Source of the DNA: Clostridiales bacterium
Lineage (GTDB): Bacteria > Bacillota > Clostridia > Peptostreptococcales > Anaerovoracaceae
NCBI GenBank assembly: GCA_012735145.1
Contig: JAAYIA010000004.1
Location: 1 to 59,043 of the forward strand
DNA: 59,043 nucleotides
Reading direction: 5' to 3'
Positions 18,675 to 27,652 of the stretch are shown piece by piece. The translations under genes were made by a program, and so were the position numbers. Numbering within the stretch: position 1 is the stretch's first letter; the number at the start of each line of letters is the position of its first letter. Below the pieces are notes generated by a model. It searched no databases and had not been told where the DNA came from. It saw only the letters and a list, made by a program, of their open reading frames with translations.

Positions 18675-19192
18675 AGAATTCCATAGGCGTTACCTTTACG
18701 CTTATAAACAACGCTTACTGCATCTGTATCCATATCCAAGAAAACGAAGAAATCATGCCCGAGCATTTCCATCTGAAGAACTGCCTCTTCAGCAACCATA
18801 GGTGAAAGCTCCAGCCTTTTTCTTCTGACAATTTTCATATCGTCTTCAGTGATTTCATCTTCGTGTTTAGGTAGAAATTCCAGTTTAAGTGCCTTATTCC
18901 CCTTGTATCTTGATTCGAGTTTGCCTTTTAATTTTGACATCTGACTCGCAAGTTTGTCGGTTACCATATCTACAGCCTCATAGATGCTATCATTAGCTGT
19001 CTCTGCCCTAAATACAGCCTGCTTTGCGTTTATGGTCGCCTCAAGCTTAGGGACATCTCTGAGCTTAGATACTACAATGTTTGCTTTTACATCCTCAGCG
19101 AAGTATTTATCCAGCTTACCTATCTTTTTCTCAATATAAGTTTGTAGTTTGTCGCTCATACTGTAATTTTTTGCTGAAATCTGAATCTTCAT
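18659..19192 (-). CDS. hpf: Ribosome hibernation-promoting factor, long form (RaiA/YvyD family)
   Basis: 177 aa with N-terminus MKIQISAKNYSMSDKLQTYIEKKIGKLDKYF and the C-terminal dimerisation domain (FFVFLDMDTDAVSVVYKRKGNAYG). Confidence 0.92.
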   Translation of the reverse strand: MKIQISAKNYSMSDKLQTYIEKKIGKLDKYFAEDVKANIVVSKLRDVPKLEATINAKQAVFRAETANDSIYEAVDMVTDKLASQMSKLKGKLESRYKGNKALKLEFLPKHEDEITEDDMKIVRRKRLELSPMVAEEAVLQMEMLGHDFFVFLDMDTDAVSVVYKRKGNAYGILETEI

Positions 19193-19291
19193 TTTTGGAT
19201 CCTCCTTTTGTAGTTAATTTACTTATTTATTATAACATAACCATATGTAGAATTGTGTAGCACATATGTCAAAAAATCGAAGGTGTAAAGA

Positions 19292-19317
19292 TAAAAAATG
19301 CACCCTTGCGGGGTGCG
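19292..19317 (-). terminator. Intrinsic terminator after the 19343-19999 ORF
   Basis: The minus strand reads GCACCCCGCAAGGGTGC followed by ATTTTTT. Confidence 0.75.
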
Positions 19318-19342
19318 ATGATTTACACATACAGATCTCCTG

Positions 19343-19999
19343 CTATTTGTTATCCATTACTCGAAGCTGAGGCGTCACTCCTCTTTCTCTGGCATACTGT
19401 TGTCTTATACTTCCATCTTCTCTCGACACCATTTCTCCATACGGCTCAAGCAAATCGTCAAGATCAAATTCGTCTATCGGTATAAGACAATACATTCTTT
19501 CTATTTCACCAAGGTCTCGTTTTCCTTTTTTGTCGAGAACCTCTACTTCTCCGACTCCTTCAATATATAGAACCCAGCTCTTCTGATCCAGAATCATCTT
19601 ATGTATATCCTTATCTGCGATATAATAGTTGTATACCTTCATTCCATATTGATAAGCATAATAAAGACCCTTATCCGATGCTTCAAATCTGGCATTATGT
19701 ATCTTCTCAAAAGGTGGTCTGGTGATCTTATTGATGGATATTCCAAACACAAACAACACAGCTAACACTATACCTATTACAAGCCAGAGAACCGGCTCTC
19801 TGCCCGGAGCATATTTTATCGGAAGGAACATAATTCCAATACCGATAATCACTGCAACAAGGCTCATGTATTTGAGAATCTTGCCTTTTGGGTGAGCTTC
19901 CGCCCATGCACTTTGCCTTTTCTTAAGAAGCATAAGGTTGCCATTATAAATATCATTGTCCTCGCTGATGATATACAAATCATTGTTTCTGTTCGCCAT
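19343..19999 (-). CDS. Hypothetical two-TM membrane protein
   Basis: 218 aa with RBS AGGGAGAG. No recognisable catalytic motif. It lies between the structured RNA region and hpf. Confidence 0.6.
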   Translation of the reverse strand: MANRNNDLYIISEDNDIYNGNLMLLKKRQSAWAEAHPKGKILKYMSLVAVIIGIGIMFLPIKYAPGREPVLWLVIGIVLAVLFVFGISINKITRPPFEKIHNARFEASDKGLYYAYQYGMKVYNYYIADKDIHKMILDQKSWVLYIEGVGEVEVLDKKGKRDLGEIERMYCLIPIDEFDLDDLLEPYGEMVSREDGSIRQQYARERGVTPQLRVMDNK

Positions 20000-20039
20000 T
20001 ATCTCTCCCTAAGGTCATTAAAAGGTTTCCTGTGTCGTT

Positions 20040-20312
20040 TTCTAAACTTTGTGACAATACATTTGCGCGAATTCGGAGAGCCACTCGACCTGGTCTTTGA
20101 CCCCACACTTGCCTTTGTCCGGTTTCCGGAGGACTTACATCTAAGATACGCCATGATCACAATTACTTATATTCACTGCTTACGTGGGTCCCTTTGCCCG
20201 TATCTGGCTTGGACTTGCAACCACGAACATGACTCATTCCGAATTTCAGACTTCATTCTAACATATTACTTCCTTTGTTGCATCCTTTGTTTCCCCATTT
20301 TACAGATGCAAT
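20040..20312 (-). ncRNA. Candidate raiA-motif structured RNA (comFC-hpf intergenic)
   Basis: A 320-bp non-coding gap that is locally GC-rich against AT-rich surroundings. Long-range complementarities: AATTCGGA (20070-20077) with TCCGAATT (20238-20245), and GACCCCAC (20099-20106) with GTGGGTC (20195-20201). Local hairpins: CCGGTTTCCGG (~20118-20131) and TTGCATC/GATGCAA (20278-20311). The position immediately downstream of comFC and upstream of hpf(raiA) is the typical raiA-motif locus. Boundaries are approximate. Confidence 0.5.
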
Positions 20313-20319
20313 ATACAAA

Positions 20320-21105
20320 CTATGATAAGTTGTCTGAAGTTTTAAAAACATCTGCTCCCGATGCAAATGACAGAAAATCTGTTTCTTTGGCACCATTTTG
20401 TTTCAGAAGAGATGCAGCCTCATCAACAGTTGAGCCAGTCGTATAAATATCATCAATTATCAATATCCTTGCCCCTTCAATTTTGCCTAAGCAGGCCTTT
20501 CTTACTTCAAAGGCATTCCGAATATTTTCCACCCTTTCGCCGGGCGTCATTGATTTCATAGCCGATGTTTGATGCACACGATTAAGTAATTCTCCCGAGT
20601 ATGTAACTCCCGACCTCTTTGCAAACTCTTCGGCAATCAGAGCGGCCTGATTATATCCTCGTTTTCTCCTTCTCTCAATATGCACAGGTATCGGACATAT
20701 AATATCGTATCTTGAACGAAGCTCTGCCGATTCAAAGTCCACAAGCATTCTGTCGTACATCATTTCACCTATAGTTCCGGCAATGTCTGTTCTTGCATCA
20801 TATTTGAGGGCAAACACCATTGCTCTTTCGTGAGTCCCATACTCTGCACATGTATATCCCTTGTCAAAGTTATGTTGATGTTCCCTGCAATTGAAGCAGG
20901 TTGTCATAGGATTGTTATCGGATAATGGCTTTCCACATTTATCGCAAGTTCTACCTATGGCCCACTTAACACACTTCATACAATCATCGCACAGCCTGTA
21001 TGTTCTCGAATTATCTATAATTTTTCCACAGGATATGCAATAAATATCGCTTGGATATATTAAATCGAGTACCTCCGTGCCTATACTTCTAAACAATTGA
21101 AACAT
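20320..21105 (-). CDS. comFC: ComF family protein (ComFC, phosphoribosyltransferase-like)
   Basis: 261 aa with N-terminal Zn-finger Cys pairs (CISCGK...CDDC, CDKCGK...CFNC) and the PRTase motif ILIIDDIYTTGSTV. Its start overlaps the recD2 stop (TAATG). Confidence 0.85.
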   Translation of the reverse strand: MFQLFRSIGTEVLDLIYPSDIYCISCGKIIDNSRTYRLCDDCMKCVKWAIGRTCDKCGKPLSDNNPMTTCFNCREHQHNFDKGYTCAEYGTHERAMVFALKYDARTDIAGTIGEMMYDRMLVDFESAELRSRYDIICPIPVHIERRRKRGYNQAALIAEEFAKRSGVTYSGELLNRVHQTSAMKSMTPGERVENIRNAFEVRKACLGKIEGARILIIDDIYTTGSTVDEAASLLKQNGAKETDFLSFASGADVFKTSDNLS

Positions 21106-23351
21106 TATTTACCCCATACTCCCTGTTTGTCGAATGCATCTAAATCGACAAGCTTGTGCTTCAATCCGGTAAATCTGCTATCGGCCCGATTATTTGATAT
21201 CATCCAATGCAAATATTTTGGATCACCGACTATTATTACGAGTTTCTTACCTCTTGTAATCGCCGTATACAATAGATTTCTTGTCATCAACATCGGTGGT
21301 ATATGCCACATTGGAATTATTACCGCAGGAAATTCAGAGCCTTGACTTTTGTGGACTGTTATTGCGTATGCCAAATCCACCTCATCGAACATTTCCCCTT
21401 CATATGTAATAAGGTTATCGTCGGAACTGACCAACATAGAACGCTCTTGAAGGTTAATGCTATCGACTTTACCTAGGTCGCCATTAAATATACCTTGACC
21501 TATCTCAAGATTAGTTGTATCTCTTCTTTCGGCTTGATAGTCATTCTTGAGCTGCATCACCTTATCGCCTTTACGGAAAGTTTGGGGTCCCATTTTGAGT
21601 TCTTCTTCACCTTCTGCTGCCGGGTTTATTATTTCCTGAAGAATCGAATTCAGACTCGGTGATCCAAGTATTCCTCTCTTGGTAGGAGTCAAAACCTGTA
21701 TGTCATCAGCAGATTTTATAAAGTCATAAAATCTCTCCAATCGGCCTCCAACCAGACCTTTAATTTCCTCGATGATATCGTCTTCGTTATACCTTTCAAT
21801 TATGAAAAAATCGCTGTCATGACCGCCGGTTTCCGGAAATTCTCCATTGTTGATTAGGTGTGCATTTGTCGCAATTCTGCTATCCTGAGCTTGCCGAAAA
21901 ATCTCTTTGAGACACACCGTATATATATACTCGCTTGCAATCATATCTCTAAGCACATTTCCCGCTCCAACCGGAGGAAGCTGATCTGCATCTCCTGTAA
22001 AGATCACTATCGATCCGCTTTTGATGGCATTAAGAAGTCCGTCCATAAGCATTATGTCAATCATAGACGCTTCATCTATAATAAATACTTCCTGTTCAAG
22101 GGGTCTTTCATCGGTTCTGCCAAAGCGCATTTCATCTTCATCAACAGAATACACATATTCAAGAAGTCTATGTATAGTCATTGCGGGCTCTCCCGACGCT
22201 TCTTGCATCCTCTTCGCCGCCCTTCCTGTAGGTGCTGACAAAGCAATCGTCATATCCAATCTGTGAAAAATTCTAACCAGAACATTGATTATAGTTGTCT
22301 TACCCGTTCCCGGTCCGCCGGTTATTATTGTGGTGCTTCCCATAAGACTCGCCTTGACCGCATATCTTTGCTCATTCGATAATTTAATATTTCTTCCATA
22401 TTCGTCAGCAAGGTCTTTTTCTGCGTCGCTGATCAAATTGTCAATTGTTGCCGGCACAGCTTTTGGCTCAGCTTCCTTGATACGCTTGAGGTTATATGCA
22501 ACCCTTTGTTCAGCATAATAATATCCGTATAGATAAACGACTTGTATATCATCTACCATATCCATCTGCAGCTCTCCGGCAAAAGCCATCTGTTTGACTA
22601 CTTCTCTGACTCTTTCGCTGCTCGCATCTATCAGTTCTACAACGCTCTCAACCAACATGTTTTCCGGCATCAATGTGCTTCCGCTTGAGGCCTCTTTCTT
22701 GAGAATAAACTTGATTCCACTTTCTATACGGAATTCGCTTTCCGAATCAAAACCGAGTTTCTCGGCCAACTTATCGGCTTTGCTGAATGTCATGCCATAT
22801 AAATCATCAACGAGAGCATAAGGATTATCTTTTACAACACGTTCCGATTCTCCGCCATACATTTTATATATACGAACAGCATCGGCCATCTCAATGCCGA
22901 GTTCTCTAAGCACGAGAGATATTTTTGCAAAATCACGAGATTCTGCAAAGGACTCTGTTATATTTGCTAATCTTGATGGGCCTATTCCTCTTAATGAAAG
23001 TAGTTTCTCCGGTGAATTTTCAATTACCGCTAACGCCTCATCTCCAAATGTATCTATCAGAGTGTCCGCCATCTTGGGACCTATACCTCTTATATTACCG
23101 GCGGCAAGGAACTCTCTGATAGCATCTATACCTTCCGGTTGTATCTCTTCGTAGCTTATAAAGCTAAACTGCTCACCATACCTCTTGTGTACCGTAAACC
23201 TGCCTTCAAGTCTGTAGCTACTACCGGTTTTTGGCTCATTAAAAACACCGGCCACCCTTATAGACCCTTCGTCTGTGGTTAGGATGGCGACGGTGTAGCC
23301 ATTATCGCTATTGTTGAAAATAATTTTACCGAGCTTGCCTTCTTTAATCAT
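21105..23351 (-). CDS. recD2: SF1B ATP-dependent RecD-like DNA helicase (RecD2)
   Basis: 748 aa with Walker A GGPGTGKTT, motif FIIDEASM, GDADQLPPVG and the C-terminal AITVHKSQGSEF. Confidence 0.9.
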   Translation of the reverse strand: MIKEGKLGKIIFNNSDNGYTVAILTTDEGSIRVAGVFNEPKTGSSYRLEGRFTVHKRYGEQFSFISYEEIQPEGIDAIREFLAAGNIRGIGPKMADTLIDTFGDEALAVIENSPEKLLSLRGIGPSRLANITESFAESRDFAKISLVLRELGIEMADAVRIYKMYGGESERVVKDNPYALVDDLYGMTFSKADKLAEKLGFDSESEFRIESGIKFILKKEASSGSTLMPENMLVESVVELIDASSERVREVVKQMAFAGELQMDMVDDIQVVYLYGYYYAEQRVAYNLKRIKEAEPKAVPATIDNLISDAEKDLADEYGRNIKLSNEQRYAVKASLMGSTTIITGGPGTGKTTIINVLVRIFHRLDMTIALSAPTGRAAKRMQEASGEPAMTIHRLLEYVYSVDEDEMRFGRTDERPLEQEVFIIDEASMIDIMLMDGLLNAIKSGSIVIFTGDADQLPPVGAGNVLRDMIASEYIYTVCLKEIFRQAQDSRIATNAHLINNGEFPETGGHDSDFFIIERYNEDDIIEEIKGLVGGRLERFYDFIKSADDIQVLTPTKRGILGSPSLNSILQEIINPAAEGEEELKMGPQTFRKGDKVMQLKNDYQAERRDTTNLEIGQGIFNGDLGKVDSINLQERSMLVSSDDNLITYEGEMFDEVDLAYAITVHKSQGSEFPAVIIPMWHIPPMLMTRNLLYTAITRGKKLVIIVGDPKYLHWMISNNRADSRFTGLKHKLVDLDAFDKQGVWGK

Positions 23352-23404
23352 ATATTTGATAAACCCTAACAGCGAGCGTTAAATATGCGCAATCCCTTGA
23401 CCTT

Positions 23405-24379
23405 CTAGAATGTTTTCTTATATAGCCTTCTATTATCCAAAGTGAATACTCGATCACTGAATTCGCCGGGCTCAATGTTTTGAAGAGCTTCTTCGCAGTC
23501 ATACATCTTCGCATCAAGTATATCTAGGTAATGGAGAATTTCCGCCTCCGGAAACATTGGTTTCTTCGGACTTCCAAACTCCGGTTCATAATGATGGCTG
23601 AGAGACATATGTTGTAACATGAGACTTTTCTCCTCATCGATTTCAAGAGCTTTGCCTGCTTCAGCTATGGAATTAACTCCCATTACCAGGTGGCCAAGTA
23701 ATTTGCCCCTAAGGGTATAGTCCGGAACTACTCCGTTCTCATCTGAATCAATCTCTTCCAGCTTATCTATATCATGAAGAGCAACTCCCGCGAGAAGAAG
23801 ATCTCTATTAAGATATGTGTACACTTCACATGCCCTGATTCCCATTTCCATCATTCTCATAACATGGTAAAGCAGTCCCCCGTATTCTGCGTGATGATTA
23901 CTCATTGCCGCCGGGTAATACATTAGCCTATCTTTATTCTTATCATAGAAATATCTGCATATCTTCTTAAGATCATCGTCTTCAAAGCTGTCTATTGTGC
24001 CTGTTATAAAATCATACATATATTGTGATTCATGAGGAGCAGATTTATAGAAATCGTATTTGTCTATATTTTCTTCTTTTGTCCTTCCCTTAATAACATC
24101 TATGATTATCTGATTCTTACCTTGCCATTCCTTGCATCTGCCTGATAAAGAAATAATCATCCCAATCTTTATATTGCTAAATGAAGAAACTTCTTCATTG
24201 GTCAGGGACCATTTTACCGCTTGCACCTCTCCGGTTGCGTCAGCAAGAGTCATATACAGGTGCTTCTTTCCGTTATTTCCATCTCTGATATCAGCATTTC
24301 TGACGAGATAACTGTCCGTAATTATGTGTCCTTCATCGGGTTTAAGATCTTTGACATAGTAAGATTTCATGAATATCAT
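23405..24379 (-). CDS. yhaM: 3'-5' exoribonuclease YhaM family (OB-fold + HD domain)
   Basis: 324 aa with an N-terminal OB fold and an HD domain (LLYHVMRM, ALHDIDK, SHHYEPEFGS). Confidence 0.8.
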   Translation of the reverse strand: MIFMKSYYVKDLKPDEGHIITDSYLVRNADIRDGNNGKKHLYMTLADATGEVQAVKWSLTNEEVSSFSNIKIGMIISLSGRCKEWQGKNQIIIDVIKGRTKEENIDKYDFYKSAPHESQYMYDFITGTIDSFEDDDLKKICRYFYDKNKDRLMYYPAAMSNHHAEYGGLLYHVMRMMEMGIRACEVYTYLNRDLLLAGVALHDIDKLEEIDSDENGVVPDYTLRGKLLGHLVMGVNSIAEAGKALEIDEEKSLMLQHMSLSHHYEPEFGSPKKPMFPEAEILHYLDILDAKMYDCEEALQNIEPGEFSDRVFTLDNRRLYKKTF

Positions 24380-24489
24380 TCGACTGTACGCATGCCCATC
24401 TCCGGTGAGTATACGCAGCCTTCTCCTTTCACTTCGATATTTCGAGATGTTTTCGTATGGCTTCGATTATACCACAGCCCTTTGCACTG

Positions 24490-24498
24490 TGTTATAAT
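24490..24498 (+). promoter_or_regulatory. Extended -10 element (TGTTATAAT) upstream of nadE
   Basis: A TGnTATAAT match 28 nt upstream of the ATG at 24526. No good -35 element. Confidence 0.4.
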
Positions 24499-24525
24499 GA
24501 GCCTGTGAATATTGGAGGTGAGATT

Positions 24526-25263
24526 ATGAATTTCGATGCCAACAAAGCGAAGAACGCAACCATTGAATGGATTCGTCAGTGGTTCGAAAAAAATGGATTC
24601 GGATGCAACGCAATAATAGGAATAAGCGGCGGCAAGGACAGCTCAATCGCAGCGGCTCTATGTGTAGAAGCTTTGGGTAAAGACAGAGTTATCGGAGTGA
24701 TGATGCCGAATGGGGATCAATCTGATATGGACATGGCAGTTCTGCTTGTGAATCATCTCGAGATTGAAAATTATGTAGTTAATATCAAAGGGGCCTTTGA
24801 CTATCTTCTAAACCAGATTAGTGATACTGGTATAGAAATCAGCGATAACACACGAATCAATCTACCTCCGAGATTAAGGATGTCCACCCTATATGCCGTC
24901 GCCCAATCCCGTAATGGTAGGGTTATAAACACAAGCAACCTTTCGGAAGATTGGGTTGGATACTCTACACAATATGGGGATTCTGTCGGCGATATGAGCC
25001 CTATGTCCAGCTTTACAGCTGCCGAAATACGTGCCATCGGAAGAGAACTCGGACTTCCTTCAATCCTTGTAGACAAAGTCCCTTCTGATGGACTAACGGG
25101 CAAAACAGACGAGGATAGACTAGGATTCACATATGAGGTTCTGGACCGATACATAAGAACAGGCGAAATAGACGATCTTGATATTAAAAATCGAATAGAT
25201 GAGCTGCATGAGAGAAATCAGTTTAAGCTGAGATTCATGGATTGCTTCAGATATGAAGGCTAA
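24526..25263 (+). CDS. nadE: NH3-dependent NAD+ synthetase
   Basis: PP-loop GISGGKDSS. I place the start at the ATG at 24526 (GGAGGTGAGATT-ATG) rather than the upstream track start at 24457. Confidence 0.9.
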   Translation: MNFDANKAKNATIEWIRQWFEKNGFGCNAIIGISGGKDSSIAAALCVEALGKDRVIGVMMPNGDQSDMDMAVLLVNHLEIENYVVNIKGAFDYLLNQISDTGIEISDNTRINLPPRLRMSTLYAVAQSRNGRVINTSNLSEDWVGYSTQYGDSVGDMSPMSSFTAAEIRAIGRELGLPSILVDKVPSDGLTGKTDEDRLGFTYEVLDRYIRTGEIDDLDIKNRIDELHERNQFKLRFMDCFRYEG

Positions 25264-25285
25264 TTGCAATATAAAAAGCAATAAA

Positions 25286-25313
25286 AGTGCCCCTGTTGAG
25301 GGGCATTTTTTTG
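25286..25313. terminator. Bidirectional terminator between convergent nadE and copA
   Basis: TGCCCCT GTTG AGGGGCA followed by TTTTTTT, with an A-run upstream. Confidence 0.8.
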
Positions 25314-25333
25314 TTGCATAATATGTCAATCTT

Positions 25334-27442
25334 CTAAAACTTTATCAAATTGATTCTAAGTGCATTCATACACACACAGAACGATGAGATGCTCATGGCT
25401 GCTGCTGCCCACATTGGGGTAATTGTCCATCCTCCAAATAAAGAGATAAAGGCTCCCGCTGCAAGAGGAATCAACAATATATTGTAGAAAAATGCCCAGA
25501 AGAGATTCTCGTGAATATTTCTCAGAGTTTTGCGTCCAAGCTTGATGGCCTTTACAACATCGGTAATACTGCTGTTTATCAGTACAACATCAGCCGATTC
25601 GATTGCCACATCTGTGCCGGCTCCTATAGCAATACCAACATCCGCACTGACCAATGCAGGTGCATCATTGATTCCATCTCCGACCATTGCTGTCTTGTCC
25701 TTGTCAAGCAAGTCTTGTATAGCTTTTTCTTTGCCATCAGGCATAACCTCTGCAATTACCTCGTCAATACCTACTTCAGCAGCAATAGCTTCCGCTGTCG
25801 TACGTTTATCTCCTGTAATCATAACCGTATGAATTCCTAAGGCCTTAAGCTCTGAAATTGCCTGTCTGCTGTCCGTTCTTATTGAGTCGGCAACTGCAAC
25901 CACTCCGAGTAATTCTCCTCCCTTTGCAAAGAAAATCGATGTTTTCCCTGCATGTGAAAAATTCTCTGTTTCTTGCTGCAGTCTTTCTATGTCTGCCTCG
26001 TCAACATTGTTCTCAACCAGGAAGCTTGAATTCCCACCAACAATCCTCAAGGCTTTGCTCCCCTCTGTAATTACTGCCTCAACACCTCTGCCGGCAACTT
26101 CTTTGAAGTCTGCGATTCTCAGAGTTGTGCTCTTATAATAATCGCTTACCGCCTTTGCAACAGGATGATCTGATCTTGATTCCAAGGCTGCAGCTACGGA
26201 AATCAGCTCTTCTTCAGAAATGTCTCCGTAAGGATGAACATCAGTCACCACAGGCTCTCCGCCCGTTATTGTTCCCGTTTTATCCAAGGCTACAATCTTT
26301 ATTCTTCCCATCTCCTCAATTGCTGCTGCTGTTTTGAAGAGTATTCCGTTACGAGCTCCTACTCCGCTGCTTACCATTATCGCAACAGGCGTTGCCAGTC
26401 CTAAAGCACAAGGGCAGCTTATTACCAAAACAGCAATTGCTCTTGTCAGAGCATAAGATACTCCATGCCCGGCAATAAACCAGATAATAAACACCAAAGT
26501 CGCTATTCCTATTACCGCAGGAACAAAGATTCCTGCAATCCTATCTGCGACTCTTGAAATAGGTGCTTTTGATCCTACAGTATCGGATACAAGATTTATA
26601 ATTTGAGCGAGGGCTGTATCTTCGCCGATGCTCTTTGTCTTGACTCTTATATAGCCCGATTTATTAATAGTAGCCGCAGAAACTTTGTCTCCGACACTTT
26701 TATCTACAGGCAAGCTTTCTCCCGTCAGTGCGGACTCGTCTATTGCCGCATGCCCTTCAATTATCTCTCCATCGACAGGTATCTTCTCTCCGGGCTTTAC
26801 TACCACAACTTCTCCCAATCTAATGTAGTCGACACCTACGATTATCTCCTCACCGTCTCTTTCGACATTGGCTGTCTCCGGAACCAAATCAATCAGTGCC
26901 TTCAGTTCATTGGTTGTCTTTCCTTTTGAAATCGCCTCAAGCATTTTTCCCACGGTGATAAGTGTTACTATCATCGCTGCCGACTCAAAATAGATATTGT
27001 GTCCCCCTTGATGAATTTCTGTCGCTTTGCCTGAAATCATTGTTATGAGCACCCAAGCGCTCCAGAGGTATGAAACACCTGATCCCATAGCCACCAGTGT
27101 ATCCATATTCGGAGCCAACCTCATAGCTCCCTTAAATCCATTTATAAAAAAAATCCTATTTATGTACAGAATTATCGTAGCAAGAAGCATCTGGATAAGG
27201 TAATTCCCTATGCTACCGAATTTTTCTATCGGACCTAAAGGCCAGCCCAGCATGGAATGTCCCATAGAGAAATACATCAAGATTAATAAAAAACCCAAAG
27301 ATTGAATCAATCTTTTCTTAAGCTTGGGTGTTTCTGTATCTTCAAGGGCCTTTGCTCTATTCCTTATTTTATCTCTGTAACTTACTGAAGTACTTAATTC
27401 AGGGAGAGGAGGATGACTCACAGGCTGCACCGTAGCCGGCAT
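25334..27442 (-). CDS. copA: Copper-translocating P1B-type ATPase body (CopA) lacking its N-terminal metal-binding domain in this frame
   Basis: 702 aa with CPC ([11 protein letters not shown]), [19 protein letters not shown] and GDGINDAP. The MBD is encoded by the overlapping upstream ORF in another frame (see findings). Confidence 0.9.
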   Translation of the reverse strand: MPATVQPVSHPPLPELSTSVSYRDKIRNRAKALEDTETPKLKKRLIQSLGFLLILMYFSMGHSMLGWPLGPIEKFGSIGNYLIQMLLATIILYINRIFFINGFKGAMRLAPNMDTLVAMGSGVSYLWSAWVLITMISGKATEIHQGGHNIYFESAAMIVTLITVGKMLEAISKGKTTNELKALIDLVPETANVERDGEEIIVGVDYIRLGEVVVVKPGEKIPVDGEIIEGHAAIDESALTGESLPVDKSVGDKVSAATINKSGYIRVKTKSIGEDTALAQIINLVSDTVGSKAPISRVADRIAGIFVPAVIGIATLVFIIWFIAGHGVSYALTRAIAVLVISCPCALGLATPVAIMVSSGVGARNGILFKTAAAIEEMGRIKIVALDKTGTITGGEPVVTDVHPYGDISEEELISVAAALESRSDHPVAKAVSDYYKSTTLRIADFKEVAGRGVEAVITEGSKALRIVGGNSSFLVENNVDEADIERLQQETENFSHAGKTSIFFAKGGELLGVVAVADSIRTDSRQAISELKALGIHTVMITGDKRTTAEAIAAEVGIDEVIAEVMPDGKEKAIQDLLDKDKTAMVGDGINDAPALVSADVGIAIGAGTDVAIESADVVLINSSITDVVKAIKLGRKTLRNIHENLFWAFFYNILLIPLAAGAFISLFGGWTITPMWAAAAMSISSFCVCMNALRINLIKF

Positions 27443-27611
27443 CCTCCACAGCTTTAATTATCACTTCAGGTTCAACATCACCTTCAACATTCATAGAATT
27501 AGTCAAAAGGTTAACCGATACACTTTCAACTCCTTCGAGCTCTTGTACAGCCTTCTCCACTCTCGCCGAGCAAGCAGCACATCCCATACCGTTCACAGTA
27601 TAATTTTTCAT
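27399..27611 (-). CDS. HMA (heavy-metal-associated) CopZ-like domain ORF, 70 aa; either a stand-alone chaperone or the frameshifted N-terminus of CopA
   Basis: [44 protein letters not shown]...[29 protein letters not shown] lies 6 nt upstream of the ATG at 27611. It ends CCC TGA and overlaps the ATPase ORF by 44 nt. Confidence 0.8.
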   Translation of the reverse strand: MKNYTVNGMGCAACSARVEKAVQELEGVESVSVNLLTNSMNVEGDVEPEVIIKAVEDAGYGAACESSSSP

Positions 27612-27652
27612 ATATATCTTCCTTTCTGTACGATTATATCCGTACGATAAAT

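Noticed and set aside
19892-20446. A 184-aa plus-strand ORF spanning the comFC-hpf gap
   Set aside because: It overlaps both flanking minus-strand genes and has no RBS or sensible composition. The region is better explained as a structured RNA on the minus strand.
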